Positions 49,900 to 62,799 of a DNA stretch of 64,000 nucleotides are shown here, piece by piece. The stretch covers positions 92,568,001-92,632,000 of the forward strand of contig NC_086097.1 in assembly GCF_963921235.1 (NCBI RefSeq). Reading direction: 5' to 3'. This stretch comes from Mobula hypostoma. Its lineage: Eukaryota. The translations under genes and the position numbers were made by a program. Within the stretch, counting starts at the first letter, position 1. Every line of letters begins with the position of its first letter. The notes beneath the pieces were generated by a model. That model ran no database searches, had not been told where the DNA came from, and worked only from the letters and a program-made list of their open reading frames with translations.

Positions 49900-52640
49900 A
49901 AGATGTTATCCTTGACTGTTGAACCTGCAGTAAGCTTGCATCATGTTAAGTCACCCATTCTTACTATCTGTGCTAAAGAAGTCTCCATCATTTTTGGTAT
50001 CCCTAGTGCAAGGGCATTGTTCAGTGAGTCATTCCTCATCACAACTTTGTTGTTGAGTCTTCAGTGGAGAAAAACGCCCCACATCTGGAAGTGTTGGGAA
50101 TCTGGTTCAGAGAATCTGGTATACGTGGCAAAAATTGATTGGAGTGGATAGCCAAGGTAAAACAAAAATTGAGCCCAGGAGAACAGTAACTCCTCTTGTT
50201 GGTAAACAGAGAAATGGTCATCAAGTGCAAGGTGTGCACAGTGTTGCTGGATGTGGCACCATAACCTGCTGCTGCATTGTGACAGTCATTTAAGCTATTT
50301 TCCACTTCATCTGGAGATTCAGGATGGAGCATGTCCAACAGGTTATAACATACAAGTCTCCAGACAACAGAGGAAGCTCTCCTTCGCCTAGTTTTTGGAA
50401 AATCAGATCACTCTTCGATCCTGCTTTTACCGATGTACAGGCAGAAGCTGAAACAAGAGATGGCCATAGTTAAAACCATCCACTGTTGGTCCCACCAATC
50501 GGTCTCCATGCTGCAGGACTGTTTCAATGATGCTGACTGGAATGTTTTCCATGATGAGGATGCCTCCAAGTTCATGAATAGAGTCACGTGCTTCACCTGG
50601 AAGTGCATCAATGATGTTGTCCCCCAGAAGTCAGTCAGGGTCTTCACGAACCAGAAACCCTGGATCAATTGTTCCACTTCCACACGACACAGAGCTTACA
50701 CTGCCAGCAATCAGGAGGAGCTCAAGAAAAGCAGCTACGATCTGCGCAAAGCTATAAAGGCTGCGAAACAATACAGGGTCAAGATTGAGTCAAGAGTCAC
50801 TACGAACAGCACACGTGACTTGTGGCAAGAGTTGCATACCATCAAAGCCAAATGTAATGATGCCGCCAACATCATGGCCTCTCTCCCAAATGTGCTGAAT
50901 CACTTTTACTCTCAGTTCAATGTCACTAACTCTGAGCCTCCGAGGAAAGCCACCGCTACAACCTGCAACCTGGTCATCTCTGAGGCTGAGGTATGCAGAT
51001 GTTTCCAACAAGTGGACAGTCACAAGGCTGCAGGACAGGACAGCATCCCAGGGCAAGTACTCCAGATGTGCGCAACACAACTGACAGGTGTGTTTACAAA
51101 CATTTTTAATCTCTCCCTCTCCCACTGTAGAGTGCCCTCCTGTTTCAAATTATCCACCATTGTTCCTGTACCAGAAAAGACCGAGGTAACACATCTCAAC
51201 GACTGGTGCCCTGTTGCACTCACCTCAACAATAAGCAAATACTTAGAGATGCTGGTCAAGGACTACATCCAAGCTGGACTCAATAGCCACTACTCTACAT
51301 ACCGTCCGCACACATTTAAGAAGGATGCTTATGTGAGAATGCTGTTCTTGGACTACAGTTCAGCATTCAGCACCATCATTTTCTCCAGGCTCGACAGGAA
51401 GCTCAGAGACCTCAGACCTGACCCTGCCTTGTGCAGCTGGATCCGGGACTACTTATCAGATCACCAGCAGGTGGTAAGAGTGGGCTCTCTCACCTCCAGT
51501 CCTCTGACTCTCAACACAGGAGCCCCTCAGGGCTGTGTACTAAGTTCCCTCCTTTACTCCCTGTATCCCTATGACTGGGTCACTGCCCACAGCTCTAATC
51601 TGCTAATTAAATTTGCCGACGACACTACACTACATTGATTGGCCTAATCTCAAACAATAACGAGGTGGCCTACAGGGAAGAAGTCATCTCTCTGACACAG
51701 TGGTGTCAAGAAAACAACCTTTCCCTCAATGTCGCAAAAACAAAGGAGCTGGTTGCGGATTACAGGAGGAATGGAGATGGGCTAACCCCTATTGACATCA
51801 ATGGATCTGGGGTTGAGAGGGTAAACAGCTTTAAGTTCTTCGGCATCCACATCACCAAGAACCTCATGTGGGCTGTACACACCAGCTGTGTGGTGAAAAA
51901 GGCACAACAGCAACTCTTTCATCTCAGGTGGTTGAGGAAGTTTGGTATGGATTCCCAAATCCTAAGGACTTTCTACAGGGGCACAATTGAGAGCATCCTG
52001 ACTGGCTGCATCACTGCCTGGTATGGGAACTATACCTCCCTTAATTGTAGGACTCTGCAGAGAGTGGTACGGACAGCCCAGAACATCTGTAGTTGTGAAC
52101 TTCCCATAATTCAGGACATTTACAAAGACAGGTGTGAAAAAAGGGCCCGAAGGATCATTGGGGACCCAAGTCACCCCAATCACAATCTATTCCAGCTGCT
52201 ACTATCCGGGAAACATCGCAGCATAAAAGCCAGGACCAGCAGACTCCAGAACAGCTTCTTCCATTTGGACCTTTGTGCACAACTTATCCTTCATAGAAAA
52301 TTTGCTGTGGAGAAACAACTTCTACTACAAATGCATCCGGCAGTGGTCAACACAGAATGACTCTGATTTATTGGCAGTTCCCAGGGACTCACACTGATAT
52401 AAACATCAAGTGATGCTCGGAGGTCAACAACTCAGTGAAGGATGCATTTTGGTTTTCTTGAAACATGTTGGACTCACAGTGTAAGGAGATGGCAAGAAGG
52501 GAAGGCTGCCAACTGGCACAGTATGAGCTCAGGGATACAATGAAGGTCAGTGCAGCAAAAGTTTTATGGACAAGGACCACAATCTTACATCCTCCTGCCA
52601 CTGAGCATCGAGGGGCTGGTCCCTGTTTCTTTTCACAGAT
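49900..52640 (+). mobile_element. Degraded Tx1-type LINE ORF2 pieces (49900-50345 and 52265-52640) split by a Rex1 insertion
   Basis: LEVLGIWF, AKVKQKL, MVIKCKV..VLLDVA; C-terminal NSVKDAFW..EGCQLA..LWTRTT. Confidence 0.6.
50350..52264 (+). mobile_element. Rex1/Babar LINE ORF2 (RT), frameshifted
   Basis: ORF 50433..51638 (YRQKLKQ, KAAGQD, PVALTS, GAPQGCVLS, KFADD) and ORF 51635..52360; short duplication near 51625. Confidence 0.93.
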
Positions 52641-52821
52641 GAATTATTGAAAGAGAAAACACAAGCAACAATAATTCATTATAAATAGAAGATACTGCTA
52701 TGATGACACAATTAACATAAAGAAAGCCTTACTGATGTTCTCCAGAATTGCAGCTGCTGCAGAACAATAAATTTCATTTCACATAAGTCAGTGATAATAA
52801 ATCAGATTCTGATTGTTTTGT

Positions 52822-53012
52822 AGCAACACACAAAGGAAATGGAAAAACCCAAGTCAGGTTGCATCTGTGGAGGGACATGAATAATCAATGTTTTGGGTCA
52901 AGACCCTTTATCAGGACTTGATGAAACACCAAGTGTCCATTTCTCTCCATAGATGCTGCCTGAACTCCTGAGTACCTCCAGCTCCTTTGTGTGTTATTAG
53001 AGACTTCCAGTC
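52822..53012. mobile_element. Older fold-back Penelope pLTR remnant with decayed hammerhead (minus strand)
   Basis: Minus: agtcctgataaagggtcttgacccaaaacatt. Plus: catagatgctgcctgaactcctgagtacctccag. Confidence 0.6.
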
Positions 53013-55140
53013 TGTCATGTCTCCTAATTGTATTGTAGTTTATGCAGATATTTTTATGAAAAGGTTTATTTTTGAAACAAAAAAATTATGGAACCAAATC
53101 TTATGCTATTTAGAGTTATTAGAACAATGACCAAATAATTAGCCAAAGAAGAGGGTTTTAAGAACCACCAAAGTAGGAAAAAGAGACAAAAAGGGCTTTA
53201 AGAAATAGATTTCCTCAAACAGCCTAGCCTGTTGAGGGCACTGTTCTCAATGATATAGTGATTAATATTGCAGATTCAAAGTACATTTGTTATCAAAGTA
53301 TGTATGCAGTAGAGATACATACTGTCTGTAGTTCCCCAACGACAGCCATGAAACAAAGGCAGCTATGGAACTTGCTCAAAAAAAAATCAACACACCCCCC
53401 CATACATGAAAAAAGTCATGTAAAACGGCAACAGAAGAGTGAAAAACACAAAATCGAAAGTCTAGGCATATTCATTTCAGCTCAATGTCCGTTATCTGCC
53501 AGCCGTCCTGATTCAAAGTTGCCCAAAATAGCTGCAAAAAAGAGGAGCAACCAAAAAACCAGAAACACATCATAACATGAACTACAGAGTCCAATCCACA
53601 AACCACATTGATTAAACCTTGCCTGAGACCCAGAACTCCAGCACTACCTTTCGACAGAATCGAGGGAAAGAGAGACCATTCAAACACATTCCACTGGGAG
53701 CAGCGAGCATGAGAGAGACCGTCACACACAGACACCTTCATCTGGCAGCAATGAGCAAAGGGCTGGTAGACTGCGCTGAACACCCGCTGGCTTTCCACAG
53801 ATAATCTAAAGGCCACAACTCATAGAGCTCAAAGAGCTCAGAATTTTAAAGGACTACAAGAGTTTAGAGATAGATGTTGGTGAAACAAAAGATGGATTCA
53901 AAAGCATGGATGAGGATTTTAAAATGGAAGAATCGCCAGCCTGGGACTAATATGGGTCAGAGATCCTCACGTAGGACTGGTGAAAGGGACAACACAGATG
54001 ACTTCAGGTTTACAAGAGGTGCAACACCAGAGAAAAACAAGGAGAGCACCGGAGTAGTTACTGCAAAATTCAAACATCTTGAGTCCAACATTGGCCTTTG
54101 TGCAGGGTGCAGAAAATCAGCCATGCCCCTTGATCAGTCCAAGAAAATGTTGGTGGCAATTACATACTGTTGCCTTGTTGAGTAGCTGTTAAGCCTCCTG
54201 CAGTCAATTTGTGGTGTTGAGAGTAATCACTGTGTCTTGTGGTTGAGTAAGAGTGTTGGTTAGAAATAGTGCTTCCTGCAGAATTCATTAGTGTCCCTTA
54301 TCATTACAGTAATCAATTTACATTGATTGATTTACAACTAAACATCCAAACGATTATTAATCAAAGAAATTAATCTGACCTGCTCACAGCATGGTACAAG
54401 AATTAATCTGCATATTACAGGTATGATACATAAAAGAGAGATGTAGCATAGAATGCATTAGGGGGGATGATTTGCCCAGTTGACTGTCATTGGCTCTTAC
54501 CCTCACTGGTACAGCTTGTTGTGTCAGTCAGTACAGGGTTACTATGATACTATCTTATTACCATACCCAAGCCACTGGCAGAAAACTGGGAACCACAGCC
54601 TTGCCCCTCTGCCCCCTCCTCCCATTCTCTCTGTAACCTCCAGTAACCACTCAACCCTTCAGGGTTTTTGGTCTGATCCAGTAACGGACTCCTGTGAATC
54701 TCTCACCAGGTCCACCATGAACAAAAGCTGTGACTTCCAGAAATCCCTCTCCTTAAATAAGTTTATGGCTCTGAGCAATTTTTTTTTCCTTTTCCATCGT
54801 GAAGTACCTTATGGCTTTTTAATGGTGTTGAATTGCAAATGGAAGTTGTTTTGTTTGGTAGAGGAGAGTTTGTTGATGTCTTGCAGCGTTTTTAATTATC
54901 TTCCTGGATGACTTTGTAACTTTGCAGAGGAAACAGGCCATTGGCCTACTTTTGTTTAAAGCATTTGTGATCATTTTTGCGGTCTCCAAGTACCCAAACT
55001 TCAATGCCCAACTTTAGCTGAGAGCTTTTAAAGGAACATAGCCTCTCAATTTGCCTCTCCACAGCATCCATTGTATTGTGTTTCACAGAATATACATCAC
55101 AAGAGGCCATTCAGCCTATCAAGTCAGCCCTGAACAACTT

Positions 55141-55601
55141 AAACACAAGGAAATCTGCAGATGCTGGAAATTCAAGCAACACACATCAAAGTTGCTGGTG
55201 AACGCAGCAGGCCAGGCAGCATCTCTAGGAAGAGGTACAGTCGACGTTTCGGACCGAGACCCTGCGTCAGGACTAACTGAAAGAAAAGCTAGTAAGAGAA
55301 TTGAAAGGGGGAGGGGGAGATCCAAAATGATAGGAGAAGACAGGAGGGGGAGGGATGGAGCCAAGAGCTGGACAGGTGATTGGCAAAAGGGATATGGGAG
55401 GATCATGGGACAGGAGGCCCAGGGAGAAGGAAAAGGGGGGGGGGACCCAGAGGATGGGCAAGGGGTATAGTCAGAGGGACAGAGGGAGAAAAAGGAGAGA
55501 GAGAAAAGGAATGTGTGTATATAAATAAATATCCGATGGGGTACGAGGGGGAGGTGGGGCATTAGCGAAAGTTTGAGAAGTCAATGTTCATGCCATCAGG
55601 T
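55141..55601 (-). mobile_element. Penelope-like element 3' end (ORF end PDGMNIDFSNFR* + pLTR)
   Basis: Same pLTR as the fold-back copies. Hammerhead at 55238-55275 with core variant CTGACGC. Confidence 0.88.
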
Positions 55602-55949
55602 CATAACAGCATCTCCTTTGAATTAAGTCATTTCCTTTAAATTGGTGTTGACCACCCTGCTGTGAAACATCCTCTCCTGATTACTCCATCTATTGAAGTT
55701 TCCCATTAATCATCCTTGTTTTAAAGGCATTTTCAGTTCCCCAGTTTCTTCATTTAATTGAAGCTCCTCACCCCAGAATCATTTCAGTAAATCTCTTTTC
55801 AAATCTCTGTACAGCTATGGCATCCTTCTGAAGATAGGGTATCCAGGAATGGATCAATGCTCTTGCTAATACACAGCTAGTAAGTCAGTAAAAAACTCAA
55901 ATCCTACAAACAACTGGTTCCAGTTTTTTCCCTGATCACATCATCTTAG

Positions 55950-57300
55950 AGTCAGAGTTGAACAGTAAAGAAATGGATCCTCCAGCCCACCTTAACCAGG
56001 CCAAACTTTCTGCCCATCTACACTAATCCCATTTTCTGCATTAGGTCTGTACCCTCCCAATTCAAGTGCCTGTCTAAATACCTCTTAAACATAATAATTG
56101 TATCTGATTTCATCAACTCTGGCAGTAAGTTCCAGCTATCAGTAACTCCAGATGCCCGTCATTTCCCAGCCACATCACCGGCCTTTGAATGTGGAGTGGA
56201 GGCCTGGACTACGAATGCCCTTTGCCCCACATCCAAATTGCTGATCCTTTAGATTCCCTTTAAAACTCCTTCCTCTCACTTTAAACTCATGCCCTTTTGT
56301 TTTTGATACACCTATCATAAGGAAAAAAATCTATCTATGCCACTTAATATTATATACCTCCTCCCTGTCTCCTTTTAGCCTCCTTGCTCCAGAGTAAATA
56401 AGCCCAGCCTATCCAATCTCTCTCTATAATTGGTCCTCCACTCCAGCACAACCACATCCTTTCTATAGTCTGACAACTACAACTGAACCACAATACTCAA
56501 GTGCAGTCTAACCAGTGTTTTTTAAAGTTGCTACATAACATCCCAACTTTTATTTTCTATGCACCGACCCAGGAAGGCAAACGTGCCATATGCCTTCCTC
56601 ACCATCCTACCTACCTGTGTTGCCACTTCCAGAGAACTATAGACTTCTGCCCCAAGGTCTCTCTGCTCGTCAACATTCCTCAGTACCCTACCATTTTCTG
56701 TACATGTCTTAACCTTATATGACTTCATAAAATGCATCACCTCTGACTAGTCAAGATTAAATTCCACCTGCCAATGCACAGCCATCTTTCCATTTAATCA
56801 ATATCTTTACGTAGCCCGAGACAATCTTCTTCGCTATTCACACCACCACCAACATTCGTATCACAAACTTAGTAATCATACCACCAACATACAGAACAAA
56901 ATCATTACTATATATCACAAACAAAGATCCCAATAGTGAACACTAATTACAGACTTCCAGTCAGAAAAGCTTCTGTCCACCAATTAGCCATCTTGCCTTC
57001 CACGTGCTTTACCCTCCTACACCATCCTACGATGCAGGACCTTATCAAATGCCTTGCTAAAGTCCAAAAAGATAACAACTTCCATCTGTCATCAGTCTTT
57101 ACAATTACCTCCTCAATAAACTCAAACAAATTAGACAGACAGCATTTCCTTTGCCCAAGTCAGTTCCTGCCTTTCTGAATAAATACTACCCCTTAGAATT
57201 ATTTTTAGAAATTTCCCAACCACTGCTCACTGGTGTGTAGCAATCCAGCTTAAGTCTGCAGCCCTTTTTAAATGAAAGAACATTACCAACTCTCCAGTCT
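55950..57300 (-). mobile_element. Degraded CR1 RT + 3'UTR
   Basis: EQRDLG..LEVATQVGRMVRKAYGTFAF remnants. Confidence 0.75.
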
Positions 57301-57342
57301 TGATGCACACATATTAACAGTGATTACACAACATCTTTCGTT

Positions 57343-57348
57343 TTTAAT
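57343..57348 (-). terminator. RPAP1: Candidate RPAP1 polyadenylation signal (ATTAAA)
   Basis: About 570 nt past the stop codon, followed by GT-rich sequence at the end of the unique segment. Confidence 0.45.
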
Positions 57349-57919
57349 GTACTTTGTTCCTGTCCATGCAGTTGTTGTAAACAATGACAAAGTGAACTGA
57401 CATTATGTCAAGTAATCACATCCCTGGAAGAGTAGATGCCTAGCTCTGCATAATTCACAATATGCCAGGCTGCCCAGAGACCATAAAACTGGAATAACCA
57501 ATTTTGTTTCTCTTTCCCAGAAATCTTCACTTGCTTCAAAGAAAAATATGGACTTTTTGGGTTAATCCTTGATTCCTGAGTGAGGATAGACACAATCTTC
57601 CTATTCCACTGTGCAGCTGGAACTTTGCAAATAGAAACTTGAACCAGCTCAGGACAAGAGGGTGGTCGGCACAAGGCAGTGAAAACAGCACTATTGAGGG
57701 GATCAGACAATCATTTGATGAAAGGCAGGGTCAGTACTCCATCCAAGTACAACCTGATTATCACATACAAGTTAAAAAGTAATCACAAGTGGCACTTGGC
57801 TTTTCCCCAGTCGTCTGTGATCCTGCTGCCAGCAATGGTCGATGCAGAATCAGAGGGTCCAGTGTCACGTATACCCATTCAAGGGAATTGAGTCCACCTC
57901 TCCCTGCTTATTGTGCCTC

Positions 57920-58063
57920 CTACTCCTTCTCCAGATGCAGTAGGTCTCCAAGGACTTTCTGCAGCCACTTTTGCCTCATAGGAGGCAGCTCCTCGTACAT
58001 GTCGAACCCGATGGATGACTCCACGTTAGGCAGCTTGAAGTGAAGCAGATGCCTCCTCAACAC
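57920..58063 (-). CDS. RPAP1: RNA polymerase II-associated protein 1, last coding exon (VLRRHLLHFKLPNVESSIGFDMYEELPPMRQKWLQKVLGDLLHLEKE*)
   Basis: Polypyrimidine tract + AG at 58064-65, phase 0, TAG at 57920. Matches my recall of the mammalian RPAP1 C-terminus (LRQHLLHYKLPN..GFELY.QLPPLRQ). Confidence 0.9.
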   Translation of the reverse strand: MLRRHLLHFKLPNVESSIGFDMYEELPPMRQKWLQKVLGDLLHLEKE

Positions 58064-59110
58064 CTGATCAAGAGAGGGAGGGAGAAAAGAACCATGGTTA
58101 AATACACATATTCCATGGTTTTGTTGTCTCACAGCACTTTACAGCCAACTCTGAAGTGCAGTCACAACTGTAACATTAAAAATGCAAGTTGGCTTACACA
58201 CAAAACGTAGGTGCAAAACAGCAATACACTAATGACTCACAATCAATGATACAGAAACAGCTTCCACCTCTCCACCATCAGATTTCTGAATGGTCTTGGA
58301 ACACTAGCTCTTTGTTTATTCCTTTTTTCCCCTCTTATTTTTCTTATTCCTTTTTTTTGCACTATTTATATTTATAGCAATTTTATGTCCTTACACTGTA
58401 CTGCTGCCCCAAACAACAAATTTCATGTCATACAAGTCAGTATAAATCATATAAATCTAATTCAGTCCATTTAAGTATTACTGACGGATAGATAAAAGCT
58501 GGCTTGGTCAAGGAAAATAACTTGCTTTGTCCTTTCTTTGAAAAATGCCAAGGGATCTATTACATTCACTCAAGGAAGGACCCAGGATCTTGGTTAATCA
58601 ACATACCTCTAATACTTCAGTGCTCTCTCAGCAATGCACTACAGTATCAAATAAATTGTGACATCAGCTGTTGGACTTGAACCTATAACCTAACACAAGA
58701 AAAGAATTGCCACTGATAAATTTAGCTCATTACTAACTGGTGCACTGAGAAATCCTCTCTCATCAATGCCTTTATAAGGACTCTTGAGGGCTGGCCTTCC
58801 TCACATTCAAACCAAAGGTTAAGAGCACAGGCTCCACTCTACACAATACTGAGACAGGCCAGATCACAATGCTAGAGCAGTGGTCCCCAACCTCCGGGCC
58901 GCGGACCGACACATTACTGCGAAGAATGCAGTGGTACAGCAGTAGCCGGAACGCACCCAGCACATCTGTAAGAAAAAAGCCGAAATAAACAAGCTAATTA
59001 ATTAGGTGCCTCCTGGCACGTAAATGTCGGACCAGATCAGAGGTGATTGCCGATTGCATTGCCTCTGATCTGGGCCGACATTTACGTGCCGGGTGGCACT
59101 TAATTAATTA

Positions 59111-59331
59111 CAAACAACAGGAATTCTGCAGATGCTGGAAATTCAAGCAACATACATCAAAGTTGCTGGTGAACGCAGCAGGCCAAGCAGCATCTATAGG
59201 AAGAGGCGCAGTCGACGTTTCAGGCCGAGACCTTAGTCCTGACGAAGGGTCTCGGCCTGAAACGTCGACTGCGCCTCTTCCTATAGATGCTGCTTGGCCT
59301 GCTGCGTTCACCAGCAACTTTGATGTATGTT
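59111..59331. mobile_element. Fold-back Penelope-derived mini-element, copy C
   Basis: Perfect 84-bp arms at 59149-59232 and 59248-59331. 13-bp TSD AC(T/C)TAATTAATTA at 59098-59110 and 59332-59344. Confidence 0.92.
59234..59271 (+). ncRNA. Minimal type I hammerhead ribozyme motif
   Basis: TAGTC-CTGACGA-AGG-gtctcgg-CCT-GAAA-CGTC^GACTG. Predicted cut after 59266. Confidence 0.8.
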
Positions 59332-60204
59332 ACCTAATTAATTAGCTTGTTTATTTCAGCTTTTTTCTTAAAGGTGCGCTGGGTGCGTTCCAACTATTGC
59401 TGCACCACTGCATTCTTCGTGGCACTGTATTGGTCCGTGGCCCGGAGATTGGGAACCACTGTGCTAGAGGATCGAAAGTTTGAACACACCAATACAAAGG
59501 TGTATTTAGTGCATAAACTGGCCCTGAGTTCACTGTTTTCTGGGAAAGGATCATCTACTGGAATCCAATGTCGAATTGTCTTTACACAATTTAAAATGGT
59601 AACATCTTGTTCATTCCCACGCAATTTAATTGGAGCAAGCTGTCTATTCTCTTCAACGCATCATGATCTCAGCAGCTTTAAAGTGTAAAGGTTCTCTGCA
59701 CCCTATTCAGAATCACAATATCTTGTGACGGAACCGAAACTGAACAAGGGTCAGGAGTTATTTGTAAAAAGGAGAAATTTGTACTTATCGAGAGGAAATT
59801 CATTCATTCTCCAATATCAGTCATACCAGAGGAGATCAATATCCTTGTACTTCTTCGCAGTTAGCACTAGTATCACCTCTCCACACCTTGACATCCATTC
59901 AACCTGGTCAGCAACAGCAATTCAGCATTTTTGAGTGCTTGGGAGCGTACACTTCTATATGCTGAAGTAGGCAAAGTAAAGTTCAGAACTTCCACACATT
60001 AGATTACCATTCCCTGAACAACTGTGCTCCTCTGCTGGACTCCTCAGAAGTCTAGCGGGACAGCAATAACCTCTGCATATTTCCCCTCATACTGGCAGGA
60101 AACCTTGACACATGAAGCAGATGTATTCATCTGAATGGGAGGAAATGGACACAAAGGGAAAAACACTGGCAAGACCATATTCATTTAACACTTTAATTAT
60201 TTTC

Positions 60205-60342
60205 CTTTCATCAGGACTGATTAAGGATCTTGGCCCAAAACCTCAAATGTTTATTCTCTTCCATAGATGCTGCCTGACCTCCTGAGTTCCTCCAGCGTGT
60301 GTGTTACTCTGGACTTCCAACATCTCCAGAATCTCTTGTGTT
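60205..60342 (+). mobile_element. Older Penelope pLTR remnant
   Basis: ctgattaaggatcttggcccaaaac..catagatgctgcctgacctcctgagttcctccagc. Confidence 0.65.
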
Positions 60343-61366
60343 AATTAGTTTACAGTGATTTAAATTTTAACTGTTCTGAGTTACATAGTATTCAGAAGCG
60401 TTTTTAAATTTTAAATATTTGTGAATGTCAAAGACATTCAAGACAAGCCTGATTCTTCAATTGCAAAAAAAAATCCTGCACTGTATCTCACGGTTCAGAT
60501 GAAACCTGGTCTCGTGTGCTGGCACCCCTCTCCAGTAATCAACAGGTTGTAAATTGGTGAGCTCAGGCAGGTTGGAAGCAAGAAAATCCCAGATCACACA
60601 GCCTTAAAAATAAGTCACACAGAGAAAGCACCTACTAACTAGAACATAAGTGCCATACAGATTATAATAGTATAAAAAAAATACTGTGAAAAGAATATTC
60701 TTGAGTATTGCAACACATATTTAAATGTTCATTTGGGGTGTGGGTGTCAAAGAACTGTTTCTTGTGGCCCAGCTTCAGATACCCTCATGGTGAGGATAGT
60801 GCGTTACCTCCATGCTCTGGTAGAGGGCTGTGTTCTTCCCAGGATCAAAACTGGAAAAGATACACACTGCCTAGTCAGGATGGCTGTTAATTGGAGGTGG
60901 GAGCTCCAAGCAACTCTGTTGTAGGAGGTCCAGAAGCTGTTTGAATGAGAGACTGGCAAGGCAGTATAACTGACAGTGACTGCAGGTGACGAGATGAGGA
61001 GAAGTTCATTTAGTTCAGTTTTGCCATCATCAATATTTGATTATATAATTCCTCCAACCTAATTTTAGTTTTGGTAAAAGAACCTCAAGCTTAGGCAGGC
61101 TTTTTTGATAATTATAGCTTCTCATCCTTGTATTATCCCCAGGAATCTTTTCTACACCTTCCTCAGTGCCTCACCACCCAACCTGGAAGAATGGAGTCAG
61201 AATGACACAGTTCCCAAAATTAGTTAGGGCTCTGTTCCTCCCTAATCCCACCTGCATTTTTTCCTTAACTTCTTAAATGTATTTATACCTTTTAACTCCT
61301 TTTATACCTGTTAGTGTACATAATGTTCAAATCATGATTGATATCAATCCTTCGACTGATACCCAC

Positions 61367-61423
61367 CTCATCTGTTAATAGGTATGACTTTCGCAGCATA
61401 CTCCTTCGGGCAGCATCAAACTC
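61367..61423 (-). CDS. RPAP1: RPAP1 penultimate coding exon (EFDAARRSMLRKSYLLTDE)
   Basis: gttttgttttgcag acceptor, 57 nt, phase 0/0, GAG|gtgggt donor. Matches recalled mammalian EVKAARRSMLQKTWLLADE and splices in frame to 58063. Confidence 0.92.
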
Positions 61424-62799
61424 CTGCAAAACAAAACATCATTAAAGGGAAGGTGGGAAATATTATAATACACAATATTTTTGATAGGAAATTAAGCATC
61501 GAGTTTCCACTCAGAACTGTTTGATACTAACTGTGCCTGAACATTGGAGAGGATGTCAATTGTAATTATTCTGCTAGTTTTACGGCCTCAGTGTGAACTG
61601 GCCAAGCAAACCTAACTTAGTATTTCAGTGATTACAGTATAGTCTAGTAGTGTGGACAAGGTCTGTTAATTCAAATAACGAGTTCTAAAATTCACAGCAA
61701 TTCCAATGCAGAATTCTTGCATTATAAACAGTACACTATTGTTGGAGAAGCTAAACCATATTCTATTACCACCTAGAGTCCAAGATCCCAGTGGATCAGT
61801 TAAGTCCAATAGAAACAAGCTAATCAAGCTTTTTCCATGGAGTCCAATGCCTAAAATTCAAGTGAATCAAACAAACCTCCTAGTTAATCCCTTATTTCAG
61901 ATTGTAGTTAAATTGAGTTCTTACGCAGAACACAGCGCAAAAATACATACCTACAAATCTATTTCTTTTTCCATCATGCATTTATAACTTTTCCCTTTAA
62001 GAGTCAATGCTACTAATCTCAACCAAGTCTTACAACAGCAGGTTTCATATCTCAATTTTTCTTTTTACACTAATTTCATCCAAATTCCATTTGCGGTTTA
62101 TCAGAGGTTATTTACAGCTGCAAACTGACCTACCTCTACAACTCTCAATCATCTTGGCTGTGGATATTTTCAATTCTTGGCCTATTTTTGTTATCTCCTC
62201 TAACCAGTGAGACTGTACTTCCCTGATTCTGGCAATTTTAAAGACCTCTAGTTATCCTCAACGGCAGTTGTAAACATAAAGCTGACGTCTTAAAACTCTG
62301 GAATTTTTTTCCTAATCCTTGCCATCTCCTTTAAACCACTATTCTAAACCCACCTCTTAGCCTTTCACACTTTACCACATTCTTAATGCGAGGTGTTGTG
62401 GTGGTACGTCGATCCCATTGATTGCCCTCAATTTTTAAATAACTCAGTTAATTATTTCTTATTTATTATATAAATGTATGTTTGTACTTGGGAATAGAAA
62501 GTCTTCTGCTTCAGAAGCAGTACTCATTACCAGCTCAGGTACTGAGAAAAACTCAACTATGTCCGAAAATTTATCTCAAACTCAACAAGGGACCTCTGAA
62601 GCTCTGCTTATGACAATTTTCCACATTTCTTCCCTTCAGCCTTTCTGAACAGTGTTGCCATTTGTAAACTCAGCAAGTTAAATTAGCTCCTTGTGGTGCT
62701 TGGATGCAATGGTCCTGGGGAGTTCCTGCTCACCAGATTTGGGATATCTAACCATAAAGTGCCACCCACACTACCAGCTGTACTGCTATGACGGAGCTC

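Larger units (their letters stand above)
58878..59461. mobile_element. hAT(Charlie)-type palindromic MITE
   Basis: Termini CAGTGGTCCCCAA..TTGGGAACCACTG; 8-bp TSD TGCTAGAG at 58870-58877 and 59462-59469. The whole element is an imperfect palindrome. Confidence 0.92.

Noticed and set aside
50039..50338. 99-aa minus-strand ORF as a host exon
   Set aside because: The opposite strand carries Tx1-type LINE ORF2 remnants that explain the region.
47673..59331. Recurrent palindromic repeats as a CRISPR array or DNA-transposon MITEs
   Set aside because: They are dispersed rather than regularly spaced, the context is eukaryotic, the arms are asymmetric, TSDs vary from 13 to 15 bp, and the sequence matches the PLE pLTR at 55141-55275.
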